DNA from: an uncultured Clostridium sp.
GTDB lineage: Bacteria > Bacillota > Clostridia > TANB77 > CAG-508
DNA length: 64,000 nt
Direction: 5' to 3'
NCBI GenBank assembly: GCA_900553125.1
Contig: USCB01000006.1
Location: 517 to 64,516, forward strand
Made by a program: the position numbers and the translations under genes. The notes under the pieces are model-generated. The model was not told where the DNA came from, searched no databases, and saw nothing but the letters and a program-made list of their open reading frames with translations. Below are positions 9,340 to 19,591 of this stretch, piece after piece (within the stretch, counting starts at the first letter, position 1; each line of letters starts with the position of its first letter).

Positions 9340-10146
9340 TTAGAAATCTCTCATTGCTTCATCATATTGTTCTTTATTTGGTGCCTTTCCATGCCATCCA
9401 ACTTGATTTTCCATAAAAGATACACCTTTCCCCTTAATGGTCTTAGCAATAATACAAGTAGGTTTTCCCTTCGTATTTCTTGCAGCTGAAAATGCATCTT
9501 TTATTTTTTGGATATCATGTCCATTTATAGTAACTACATTAAATCCAAAACTTTCAAATTTCTTATCAATAGGATATGAACTCATAACCTCTTCTATCGT
9601 TCCATCAATCTGAAGATTATTATTATCTACTATCACACATAAATTATCCAAACTATACTTATTTGCTGCCATTGCAGCTTCCCAAACTTGACCTTCTTCT
9701 ATTTCACCATCTCCAAGTATACAATATACTCTATATTCTTTCTTATCCATTTTTCCGCTTATTGCCATACCATTTGCTACAGACAATCCTTGTCCAAGAG
9801 AACCTGAACTCATATCTACACCAGGTACATCATTCATATTTGGGTGTCCTTGAAGTTTACTATTTATATTTCTAAATCCTTTTAAATCCTCTTTTTCGAA
9901 ATATCCTCTTTCAGCCAATGCTCCATATAATGCTGGCGAACAATGTCCTTTTGATAATATTAACCTATCTCTATCTTCCCACTTTGGATTTTTTTCATCT
10001 ATATTTAGTTCATCAAAATATAATACTGCCATTATATCTGCAATTGACAGTGAACCTCCCGGATGTCCTGAATTTGCACTATATACCTGCTCTATAATAT
10101 CTTTTCTTATTTCTTTAGCTTTATTTTCAATTTCTATATTATCCAT
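9340..10146 (-). CDS. transketolase, N-terminal (TPP-binding) subunit of the split type
   Basis: 268 aa with GHPGGSLS and ILGDGEIEEGQVWEA TPP motifs. Ends where split-type N-subunits end. Confidence 0.9.
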   Translation of the reverse strand: MDNIEIENKAKEIRKDIIEQVYSANSGHPGGSLSIADIMAVLYFDELNIDEKNPKWEDRDRLILSKGHCSPALYGALAERGYFEKEDLKGFRNINSKLQGHPNMNDVPGVDMSSGSLGQGLSVANGMAISGKMDKKEYRVYCILGDGEIEEGQVWEAAMAANKYSLDNLCVIVDNNNLQIDGTIEEVMSSYPIDKKFESFGFNVVTINGHDIQKIKDAFSAARNTKGKPTCIIAKTIKGKGVSFMENQVGWHGKAPNKEQYDEAMRDF

Positions 10147-10283
10147 TTTTTCTTCCTTTCAATAGATTTACTTTCTCTAATTATACCCACATTCTACTAT
10201 ACTTACTAAAAAATATCAATAATTTTATTGCTGTTTAATATATTTTATAATATAATTGTAAAAAATAAATTTGGGAGGTTTAT

Positions 10284-11678
10284 ATGTTTGATGAATATAT
10301 TGATAATTTGAAAAATGATATCGTAAAGGAAACTTGTAATCTTATAAATATTCCAAGTATTTCTGAAGAAAATCCAAATCCTGATATGCCTTTTGGACAG
10401 GGTGCAAAAAAAGCACTTGATTATGTCTTAGATTTAGGAGAACGTCTGGGCTTTAGAACAAAAAACATTGATAATTACTGTGGATATATTGAATTTGGAG
10501 AGGGCGAAACACTTGTAGGTATTATTGGACATTTAGATGTTGTACCTAGTGGCGATGGATGGGATACTCCTCCTTTTGAGGCTACAATAAAAAGTGGAAA
10601 AATTTTTGGTCGTGGTGCAATTGATGATAAAGGCCCTGTTATCGCTTCTCTTTATGCTATGAAGGCTATAAAAGATAACCAAAAAGTCAACTCAAGAGTA
10701 AGACTAATTCTTGGTGTAAATGAAGAAAAAGGTTGGAAATGCATAAAACACTATAAGGAAAAAGAAGAATGGCCTACAATAGGTTTTAGTCCAGATGCCG
10801 ATTTTCCATGCATCTATGCCGAAAAAGGTATTGCAACTGTCTACATAAAAGATGATTTTTCAAAATACGAAAATTATCCAATAAAAATTTCTAATATAGA
10901 TTGCAATAATAATGCAATTAATGTTGTTCCTAAAATTTGTAATGTCACACTTGATATTGATGATTCTAAAATAAATTTAACTGATATTGCAAGTTTTATT
11001 GACAATGAATTAGCTTATTTAAACATTAGCTATTCTATTAAAGAAAATTCAATATTACTACAATCTTCTGGCATTCAAGCACATGCTGCTCATCCAGATT
11101 TAGGTAAAAATGCTATCTCTCCTATGATTATATTTTTACACAAGTTATTTTATCATTTCGGACTTAATATTAATCTTTTTGAATTTTTTAACAATTTTAT
11201 AAATACAGAATTTGACGGAAAGTCCTTAGGAATTAATTTTGAAGATGAATCTGGAAAACTTACTTTAAATGTTGGACATCTAAAATTTTATGAAAATTAT
11301 TTACAAGTTGGTATTAATCTTCGAATTCCAGTAAACACCACTATTGAAACTGTTACCAACATAATTGACCAAAAATGTAGAAAATTTTCCTTAGAGACTT
11401 ATGTTGCAGGAAAACAAAATCCCCTATATGTACCTAAAGGCAACTACTTAGTTCGAACTCTTTGTAATATATTTAATCAAAAAACAAACTCGAACCTTGA
11501 GCCTATTGCAATAGGTGGAGGAACATATGCTAGAGCATTTGACAATTGTATTTCTTTTGGGGCAAACTTTCCTGGCGATACTGATATGTGCCACCAAGCA
11601 AATGAATTCGTGGATATAGAAAAATTGGTTTTGGCAAGTAAGATTTATGCGGAGGCAATATACGAATTAACAATATAA
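10284..11678 (+). CDS. pepV: M20-family dipeptidase PepV
   Basis: GHLDVVP and GRGAIDDKGP motifs. 464 aa. GGGAGG RBS. Confidence 0.85.
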   Translation: MFDEYIDNLKNDIVKETCNLINIPSISEENPNPDMPFGQGAKKALDYVLDLGERLGFRTKNIDNYCGYIEFGEGETLVGIIGHLDVVPSGDGWDTPPFEATIKSGKIFGRGAIDDKGPVIASLYAMKAIKDNQKVNSRVRLILGVNEEKGWKCIKHYKEKEEWPTIGFSPDADFPCIYAEKGIATVYIKDDFSKYENYPIKISNIDCNNNAINVVPKICNVTLDIDDSKINLTDIASFIDNELAYLNISYSIKENSILLQSSGIQAHAAHPDLGKNAISPMIIFLHKLFYHFGLNINLFEFFNNFINTEFDGKSLGINFEDESGKLTLNVGHLKFYENYLQVGINLRIPVNTTIETVTNIIDQKCRKFSLETYVAGKQNPLYVPKGNYLVRTLCNIFNQKTNSNLEPIAIGGGTYARAFDNCISFGANFPGDTDMCHQANEFVDIEKLVLASKIYAEAIYELTI

Positions 11679-11746
11679 AAATTTAATTAATATAGCCGGT
11701 TAAAGAAGTTGAAGATGATTAAACTTCTTTAACCTACTCTACTTTT

Positions 11747-13744
11747 TTAGTTTGTTATCGCTCTTTTTATCATTGGGATTAGGTAGTGACTTCCTCCGTT
11801 ATTATTTGCTTTTTCTACCATTCCGATAAATAGATATGGATTGTCTTTATTTACTGTGAAACAGTCAAACCAGCCAATTGTATCTGCTTTTTCATCTTTT
11901 GAAGCTTTTAGTTCAGCTGTTCCTGTTTTTCCAGCAATTGTTACTCCATTTATTTTCATGTCTTTTGCCGTACCCTCAGGATTTTCTACAACTTGTATTA
12001 GGTCATTTTTTATTTCTTCTGATGCTTCTTTTGTAAATGCATTTTCTACTAAAATTGTTGGTGCTTTTTCTTCTTTAAATTCTAGGTATGGTTTTATCAT
12101 GTTTCCCTCATTGTAAAATGCAGAATATATTGATGCCATATGTACTGGATTTATTAGAATTTGACCTTGCCCATATCCTGTATCTGCAAGTAATGTTTCT
12201 TTGTCAATTTTTCCATCGTTTGAATATTGTGATTTGGCTAAATTTAGGTCAAATTTAATATTTTCATTAAATTTAAGTTTATCTAACCCACTAGTCATAT
12301 TTTTATTTCCTATTTTTAAAGCTGCTTGTGCAAAATAAATGTTATCTGAATGTATTAATGCATTTTTTAGATTTTTTGCACCATTGTATGCAGTTAAAGT
12401 TGTTATATTGTAAGTTCCCCAAGATGCATCTTTTTGCCAACTTAAACCTGAGTAGCTAAAAGTATCATCTGCTGATAATGAATTTGTTGATAAACCTATT
12501 GCACCTGTTATTGGTTTAAATGTTGAGCCTGGGCAATATTTTTGTGTGTATCTTGCAAGCATTGGTGTTTTTTCATCATTTGAAATTTCATTCCACTCAT
12601 CTGTACTTACCCCAAGTACCATTTTGTTTACATCAACTGATGGTGTACTTACTAATGCTAAAATTTCTCCTGTTGATGGATTCATTACTACAAATAGTCC
12701 CTCATCATTTTTTAATTCATTGTATAGTTTTTGTTGTAGATTAGAATCTATTGTTAATTTTACATCCTCTCCATCAACTTTGTCCTGTTTTATTAAAGTC
12801 TGTTTTCTTTTTCCATCTTTGTCTTCTATATAAATTTCGACTCCATTTTTTCCTTTTAGTTTCTCTTCATATTTTTGCTCTAATCCGCTTTTACCAATTA
12901 ATGAAGTTGATGTATATCCTTCATTTTTTTCTAGCTCTTCTTTTGTTATTGTTTGAACATATCCTGTAAGCTGGCTTGCAGCTTCTCCAAGTGAGTAATA
13001 TCTTACTTTTGTAGATGATATTTTTACACCTTTTATTTGTAACAATTTGTCTTTTAATTCTGTATCACTTGATGAAATTGTTTTTAATGGTACAAAGCTT
13101 TCATCTGTTACCCAGCTTGCTTGTAATTTCTTATTTATTGTATCTGCTGTTGTTCCTAATAGTTCTGCAATTTTATTAATGTCTTCTTCTTTGTTTTCGC
13201 TTAATTTTCCAGGTACTATGCCAATAGAAGATGCTGTTCCCTCTCCTGCCAGTTCTTTACCATTTCTATCTAAAATTTTACCTCTTACTGATTTTGATGT
13301 ACTTACTCTAACTTTGTCTGTATCTTCTAGTTCCGGAAAAATTAGATTTGAATTCCATTCTATCTTATATCCACTTTCTTTATTTAATGTAATTTCATTA
13401 TCAAATGTTATTTCTCCACCAGAGGCTTCCATTTTTGTATTATATATAATTACTCTTTTTGGACCCGATTTTTTTATATCTTTTATTTCGATTGTCATAT
13501 TTGACATATCAATTCCTTGATATATCTTTTTATTTCTTGATACAAAATCCTCTTCAGTTATTTTTTGTTTGCTTTTTTCATCTAATAATTCATACATTTC
13601 ATTGTATTTTTCATCATTTATTTTTGAAATATATTCATTCAAAATTTCCTCTGGTTTGTCTTTAGAATTTTTATAATATAAAAATCCTCCAACTGCTGCA
13701 ATTAGTAGAACAATAACTAATATTATTAATATTTTCTTCTTCAT
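11747..13744 (-). CDS. class B penicillin-binding protein with MecA_N/NTF2-like N-terminal domain
   Basis: TM anchor. STFKP (SxxK), HSDN (SxN) and KTGTAE (KTG) motifs. Confidence 0.9.
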   Translation of the reverse strand: MKKKILIILVIVLLIAAVGGFLYYKNSKDKPEEILNEYISKINDEKYNEMYELLDEKSKQKITEEDFVSRNKKIYQGIDMSNMTIEIKDIKKSGPKRVIIYNTKMEASGGEITFDNEITLNKESGYKIEWNSNLIFPELEDTDKVRVSTSKSVRGKILDRNGKELAGEGTASSIGIVPGKLSENKEEDINKIAELLGTTADTINKKLQASWVTDESFVPLKTISSSDTELKDKLLQIKGVKISSTKVRYYSLGEAASQLTGYVQTITKEELEKNEGYTSTSLIGKSGLEQKYEEKLKGKNGVEIYIEDKDGKRKQTLIKQDKVDGEDVKLTIDSNLQQKLYNELKNDEGLFVVMNPSTGEILALVSTPSVDVNKMVLGVSTDEWNEISNDEKTPMLARYTQKYCPGSTFKPITGAIGLSTNSLSADDTFSYSGLSWQKDASWGTYNITTLTAYNGAKNLKNALIHSDNIYFAQAALKIGNKNMTSGLDKLKFNENIKFDLNLAKSQYSNDGKIDKETLLADTGYGQGQILINPVHMASIYSAFYNEGNMIKPYLEFKEEKAPTILVENAFTKEASEEIKNDLIQVVENPEGTAKDMKINGVTIAGKTGTAELKASKDEKADTIGWFDCFTVNKDNPYLFIGMVEKANNNGGSHYLIPMIKRAITN

Positions 13745-13876
13745 TTCTTTTCCCCCTTTTGCAATTTTATATCATAAATTGACAATTTTATCAATATTAT
13801 TTTGTAACTAAAATTCTTAATTTTGCATATAATACTAGGGTTTTACTTTTTTATTTACTTTAGTTTGGAGGTGCTT

Positions 13877-14808
13877 ATGAGTGTTTTAAATATTGTCCCT
13901 ACTAATATTAGTTATAGCTCTTCTATTTTAAACCATAATATTAATTCCTTAAAATCTCTTTATCCTTTCTTGGAAATAATTTCCAGTGGAAAGAGTGTTT
14001 TAGGCAAAGATATTCCTGTTATTAAAATTGGTAATGGCTCTAAAGAAGTTTTTTACTCCGCTTCTATTCATCGGAAACGAATGGATTACAAGTCCAGTTC
14101 TTATGAAATTTGTTGAAGATTATTGCTTTTCATATGTTAATAATTTAAGGATTTTTAATGTTAATGCAAGAACTTTATTTAATAGTGTTAGTATTTATAT
14201 TATGCCTATGGTTAATCCTGATGGTGTTGATTTGGTTACAGGCGAGATATCTCCTAACTCTTCTTTATATACAAATACTAAACTTATTGCAGATAATTAT
14301 CCCACTATTCCTTTTCCCTCAGGATGGAAAGCTAATATAAGAGGTGTGGACCTTAATTTACAGTTCCCTGCTGGCTGGGAACAAGCTAGACAAATAAAAT
14401 TTGAACAAGGTTTTACATCTCCTGCTCCTCGCGATTTTGTTGGTTTTAGTTCGTTAACAGAACCTGAGGCTTTAGCCATTTATAATTTTACTCTGGAACA
14501 TAATTTTAGTTTAATTCTTAGTTATCATACTCAAGGTGAAGTGATTTTTTGGCAATTTCAGAATTATAGTCCTCAAAATAGCTTTTTGATTGGCTCTACT
14601 TTTGCTAGAATTAGTGGTTATAGTTTAGAAGATACTCCTTATAATTCGAGCTTTGCAGGATTTAAGGATTGGTTTATTCAAGATTACAATAGACCTGGAT
14701 TTACTATTGAAGCAGGACTTCGGTCAAAATCCTTTGACTGTTGAACAATTTGATAAAATTTATAATGATAATTTGGGGATTTTGGTTAGTGCTGGTTTAT
14801 TTGTTTAA
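13877..14808 (+). pseudogene. M14 carboxypeptidase (gamma-D-glutamyl-diamino-acid peptidase-like). As written it is split into three frames by +1 shifts at CGG 14072-14074 and CGG 14721-14723.
   Basis: GGAGG RBS before ATG 13877. Skipping C14072 gives [15 protein letters not shown] (HxxE zinc motif). Skipping C14721 gives EAGLGQNPLTVEQFDKIYNDNLGILVSAGLFV-stop at 14806-14808. Confidence 0.8.
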
Positions 14809-15845
14809 AAGAGTATCACTAAATGGTACTCTTACTATAACAAATTTTGACTTTGTCAAGTAATTTGTATTTTTATATTAATTATTTTTATGTCTATAAG
14901 TTTATGTGTTAATTGGGCATAGAATATTCTGCAAAATACTTTTACGCTTCCATATTTTTGCCTGAAATCCTCACATATGTTTGAATGCTCTATTATTTGT
15001 AGTACTATGTGTGTTAATTGTGTTTTTTTTGATAGTGTAAAATAAAGTGGTTCTTTGTCAACTAACTTGACAAAGAACCAGAAATTTTTTATCCAACAAT
15101 TTAAAAAAAGATTTATATTTTTTATAAATTGTTGGATTTTTCTAAAAAAGCACAAACTTTCGAGGCTGCTGAAAAAGTAGCCCCAAAAGCTCTCAAAAAA
15201 ATAGTAAATTGGAAAATAATTTTTCTAATTCGCTATTTTTTTATTCAAATTAAAGAAATTATAAAATTTATGGATATATCTATCCATTATTTTGCATTTT
15301 TTCCTCTTTTAATTTAATTATTCTTTTCATATTAGCTAAAAAGAGCGCACTTGCCCCTTGGATTGTAATACCTGTTTTTCCACAGGCATTAGCTATATCA
15401 TAACCAAACCTAATATGTTTTTGTTTTTGCACCATCACCTACTGTTTCTTCTAACATATTTATTTTTTCATTTATTGCTGGTATTGTGGTGAATCTTGCA
15501 TCTTCTTTTACTAATTTAAGTAATTCCTTTGTATATTCTATTTGGTCCTCTAAAGGGCCAGTGCTCTCTCTTTTTTTAGGCATTTTTCGTGCATGGTCTC
15601 ATCTATTTTATATATTGATTTTCTCAATTCTTTGGCTTGTTTTATTAGCTCCTCTCTTGGTGAAATGTGTTGGTACATTGCATTTGTATGTGTTGAATCT
15701 TGGATTATTTTATTTTTTATTTCAATTACACCTTCTTCTAATGCTATTTCTACTGTATATGCCAATGCTGAAGTTCTTAATAAAAAGTTATCAGCGAGTG
15801 TAATTGCTAATGTTCTTCCTAATGGTAAAAAACAATGTGCATAAA

Positions 15846-15884
15846 TAAAAAAATTCCTATAACTAAGTTGTAATTAGTTATAGG
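15846..15884 (-). terminator. rho-independent terminator downstream of the cargo operon
   Basis: 10-bp stem CCTATAACTA/TAGTTATAGG (15856-15865 / 15875-15884), followed on the minus strand by a T-run. Confidence 0.65.
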
Positions 15885-16095
15885 ATAATGAACCATATAT
15901 AAACCTCAAATTTATATGCATTGGTGCGTTAGCGGAGGACGTATTCGAAAAACGCCACGCACAATAGCACCTTATTATCCGTTCCAAAATCAGTTATAGC
16001 AATAGTTTCAAAGATATGTATATACATTTTTAAAATTTTTCGCCCTAACTGTTATTTTTAATTTAACATAAATTCTTGTATTTTGCAAGTCAAAC

Positions 16096-18495
16096 TTAGA
16101 TAATTATTCCATAAAGTTCTGCTCGTTCTTTAAATGCTAATTCATTCCCTTCAAGTATATTAATTGCCTCTAAAGACACTGCTTTATTGTATATTGTTCC
16201 ATTACATTCAATCCAGCTATTTTCACCATTGCCTTTTAATACTATAATATTTTCTGAATTTCCAGCAACTGCAATATTAGGACTATGTGTAGCTACAATT
16301 AACTGTCTTTTTTCTTTTACTCTATCCAATTCTTTTACTAAAGTATGATATACATATGCATTATCTAAATCATCTTCTGGTTGATCTAAAACTAATAATT
16401 GATTATTGTCTGAAATAGTAGTTCCATATAATAAAATTAATAATATTCCTACTGCCTTTTGCCCAAACGATAAGTTAGTTCTTTCTCTATATATTTTCTT
16501 TCTACTCATTCCATAATTAATATTTAATTTAAAATCAATAATTACTTGTGGTATATTAGAAACATAATTGAATTGAAAATATTTATAAGTATATTGACAA
16601 GCTCCTATTGCTATTTCTTCACTCAAGCCTGTTTTATTTGATAACTCTTTGTATTGATTAGTAAATAATAAATACAATAAATCATGTGTATCTGATATTT
16701 TAGAAAATAGAAAATCCAAACTCTTTCTTAATTTTATTTCTTCAGCATATCCATTTAAATTGCTTTTGTTTCTATTATTCTTTATTATTTCATATATTAT
16801 ATTTTCTTTATATTTTTTAGGTAAATCAATTTCATAAGTTAGTATTAATTTTTCATCTAAGATTTGATTCATTTTTTCAATTGTTTCAATATTATATTTA
16901 TTTATCTTTTCAGATACATCAAGTAATTTATTATAACATGATACCAATGCTTTTGAATTATTTTGTGCGTTTTCATCTCTCTTTCTTTCAATATCAATTT
17001 TTTGACAAATTTCATTTACCTCATCTTGTAATATTTTTTTCTCTAAGCATAATTCTTGATATTTTCTTCCTATAATTCTTTCTATGATTGAATAAATGGT
17101 TTTAGTTACTTTCATTCTGTTATTTCCTATTTCTAATATATTCTTTTGTTGATATATTATTGGTTTTATATCATCGAGAAATGCTATAATTTTATTCATA
17201 TTTGTAGTATCTAATCTAACAGAATTTATTTGTTTTTTAAATTTCCTATTAATATAATTATAAATAGTAACATTAGGACTATTTATTCCTTTTGGTGCTA
17301 CTGTTATAGCGTAAATTTTATCTTCTTTATTGACAAATAAAAGAATCTCTTCAAATCTACTTATAATATTTTCTTTTTCTTCAATCTCATCATATTCTTC
17401 AACTTCATCAGCATTATATATTAAATAATCATCATTTTTAGAATAATAGTATGTTTCTGTATCATAAAAATTAAAAGCATATTTTATTATATCTATAACT
17501 GTTGATTTACCTGTGCCTCTTGCTCCAATAAAGCAATTTAATTCTCTTGAAAAAGGTATTATTTCCCAATCTAATTCCTTGCTTTTATTTTTCACAAAAC
17601 TTCCTTTGATACAAGAAGATATTATATAAGAATTTTTCTTAATCGGAATATCTTCAAATATTTGAGTATGAGGATTTTGGAAAAAAGACTTAATTGTTCT
17701 AAAACTTAGTTCCCCCATATTAGCATAAAAAAATTCTGTCCCCATTGGTTTTCCTGAGCCTTTATAATTTTCTTTATCAAAAATACTATGACTATCCGAA
17801 GCTTTAAAAATTTTTAAATTTTTATTGAAGTTTTTTATTAATTTAGTTAACTCATTTCTGTTGCTCTCATTGCTAATACAAACCCCTAACAAATTTGGAG
17901 ATTTTAGTACTTTTTCAACAATTCCTCCATTAATTATAAATTCTTCATCTTTTTTTGATGTTTTTATATAATCTTTAAGAAAACCTTTATCACCGTCTGC
18001 ATGTGGTAAACATACAAAAGCATTGTATTCGTTGGCAATTTCGCATAATGTTAATGGAGTCACTCTATCTGCACTTGCTTTATCATTATCTTTTTTATTA
18101 TCTATTCCACATCTTTTTATAAAATCTTCTATTACTGATATCGCAATTTTTTCAGAAAAATAAACTAAAAAATGTCTTGCAAAACATGTAACTTCTATTC
18201 CTGGCATTATATATTTTCCATTGAGTTTTTCTTTTAATTCTGCATTTTTATTTATTATATCAATTATTTGTTTATATCCTTCTATGGTATTATGATCTGT
18301 TATTGCAATAACATCCAAATCAGAATCTATAAATTTATTTATAAATTTTTCATATTCTTTTATAATGTCTATGTGATTTTCTGAGTAAATATAGTCTTTA
18401 GATGCTGGAGAGTGAATATGTAAATCCATTTTATTTAACTTTGCAATATTTTTCATCTTTTTCATTGATTTTTCAAATAATTCATCTACATACAT
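16096..18495 (-). CDS. PHP-domain phosphoesterase fused to an SMC/ABC-type ATPase (Ppl-like defence protein architecture)
   Basis: N-terminal DLHIHSPAS...AITDHN PHP motifs. Walker A GARGTGKST, signature-like LSFGQK, Walker B LLVLDQPEDDLD, and ATHSPN. Start set at MYVDELF after an AAGGAA RBS; the ORF track starts at GTG 18549. Confidence 0.7.
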   Translation of the reverse strand: MYVDELFEKSMKKMKNIAKLNKMDLHIHSPASKDYIYSENHIDIIKEYEKFINKFIDSDLDVIAITDHNTIEGYKQIIDIINKNAELKEKLNGKYIMPGIEVTCFARHFLVYFSEKIAISVIEDFIKRCGIDNKKDNDKASADRVTPLTLCEIANEYNAFVCLPHADGDKGFLKDYIKTSKKDEEFIINGGIVEKVLKSPNLLGVCISNESNRNELTKLIKNFNKNLKIFKASDSHSIFDKENYKGSGKPMGTEFFYANMGELSFRTIKSFFQNPHTQIFEDIPIKKNSYIISSCIKGSFVKNKSKELDWEIIPFSRELNCFIGARGTGKSTVIDIIKYAFNFYDTETYYYSKNDDYLIYNADEVEEYDEIEEKENIISRFEEILLFVNKEDKIYAITVAPKGINSPNVTIYNYINRKFKKQINSVRLDTTNMNKIIAFLDDIKPIIYQQKNILEIGNNRMKVTKTIYSIIERIIGRKYQELCLEKKILQDEVNEICQKIDIERKRDENAQNNSKALVSCYNKLLDVSEKINKYNIETIEKMNQILDEKLILTYEIDLPKKYKENIIYEIIKNNRNKSNLNGYAEEIKLRKSLDFLFSKISDTHDLLYLLFTNQYKELSNKTGLSEEIAIGACQYTYKYFQFNYVSNIPQVIIDFKLNINYGMSRKKIYRERTNLSFGQKAVGILLILLYGTTISDNNQLLVLDQPEDDLDNAYVYHTLVKELDRVKEKRQLIVATHSPNIAVAGNSENIIVLKGNGENSWIECNGTIYNKAVSLEAINILEGNELAFKERAELYGIII

Positions 18496-18550
18496 TTTTC
18501 TTTTCCTTAATTTACTAATGTTTATACTGGTTTCACACTGTGAAACCACT

Positions 18551-19582
18551 TTATTTCTTATCTTTAAACTCTTCCTTTTGCTTTTCTATTTCTCTTGCTA
18601 ATTCCTCTTCTGTTGGTAAATATAATTGATATTTTGAAGCAAATAAATTTTTATTATCATTAAGCACGGAATATTTTACTATTGTATCTTTTTTATCTGA
18701 ACATAGTATTATTCCTATTGTTGGATTATCATCTTCTGCTTTTATCTCATTATCATAGTATCTAACATAAAAATCCATTTGTCCAATATCTTGATGTGTT
18801 AGCTTGTCTAATTTTAAATCAATTAAAACAAAACATTTCAATACATAGTTATAAAATACCAAATCTATATAAAAGTTTTCTCCATCAACATCAATTCTTT
18901 TTTGTCTTGCTACAAAAGAAAAACCTCTACCTAATTCTAATAAAAATTCTGATATATGTTCAAGTAAATTAGATTCTAAATCTTTTTCTAAAAATCTTCT
19001 ATCTTTGATGTCTAAAAACTCTAAAACATAAGGATCTTTTATAAAATCTTGCACTTTTTCTTTTTTCTCTAAAACATTTATTTCATTTTTCACTTCTTCC
19101 TTATGTTCTTCACTTGTTGATAAAAGTCTTTCATAATAAAAACTGTTTATTTGTCTTTCTAATTGTCTAACACTCCAATTTGATTTTATCGTTTCTTCCA
19201 AATAAAAATTTCTTTTAACTTCATTGTCTATATTCATTATTAAACGATTATGGCTCCAACTTAATTGGTTACACAGTGTGTAACCATCTTTATAAGTTAA
19301 ATAAAATTTCTTCATTAATTTTAAATTAGGTACACTATAACCTTCTCCAAATTCTCGTGTCAATTTTTCTGAAAAAGATTTTAATATTTTATTTTGAGAA
19401 GCCTCTAAATGATATTCTTCAATTAATTCATTAATCGTAGAACCTATAGCATAATATAATTCTACCATCTCATAATTTATATTTTTAACAACATTTTGTT
19501 TTGTCTTTAAAATTAATGAATTTATTCTATTGTAATAATTTCCAAATACTTCATCTTGTTTTACTATATCACTCATATTCAC
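18551..19582 (-). CDS. YhcG/DUF1016-family PDDEXK nuclease domain protein
   Basis: 343 aa. Family-typical N-terminal helical domain, and a C-terminal D..(E/D)LK-type core (IDLVFYN...VLIDLKLDKLTHQD). Confidence 0.7.
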   Translation of the reverse strand: MNMSDIVKQDEVFGNYYNRINSLILKTKQNVVKNINYEMVELYYAIGSTINELIEEYHLEASQNKILKSFSEKLTREFGEGYSVPNLKLMKKFYLTYKDGYTLCNQLSWSHNRLIMNIDNEVKRNFYLEETIKSNWSVRQLERQINSFYYERLLSTSEEHKEEVKNEINVLEKKEKVQDFIKDPYVLEFLDIKDRRFLEKDLESNLLEHISEFLLELGRGFSFVARQKRIDVDGENFYIDLVFYNYVLKCFVLIDLKLDKLTHQDIGQMDFYVRYYDNEIKAEDDNPTIGIILCSDKKDTIVKYSVLNDNKNLFASKYQLYLPTEEELAREIEKQKEEFKDKK

Positions 19583-19591
19583 TCCTCCTTT

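Noticed and set aside
14856-15317. ORFs 14856-15155 (minus) and 15129-15317 (plus) in the left arm of the element.
   Set aside because: They have no RBS and an implausible composition, and they span the two large hairpins. This is most likely non-coding terminal sequence.
15550-15845. The remnant ...LRTSALAYTVEIALEEGV...AMYQHIS considered as a degenerate tyrosine recombinase C-terminus.
   Set aside because: The spacing and catalytic residues (H-x-x-R, LGH) do not align convincingly. It is left as an unassigned decayed ORF.
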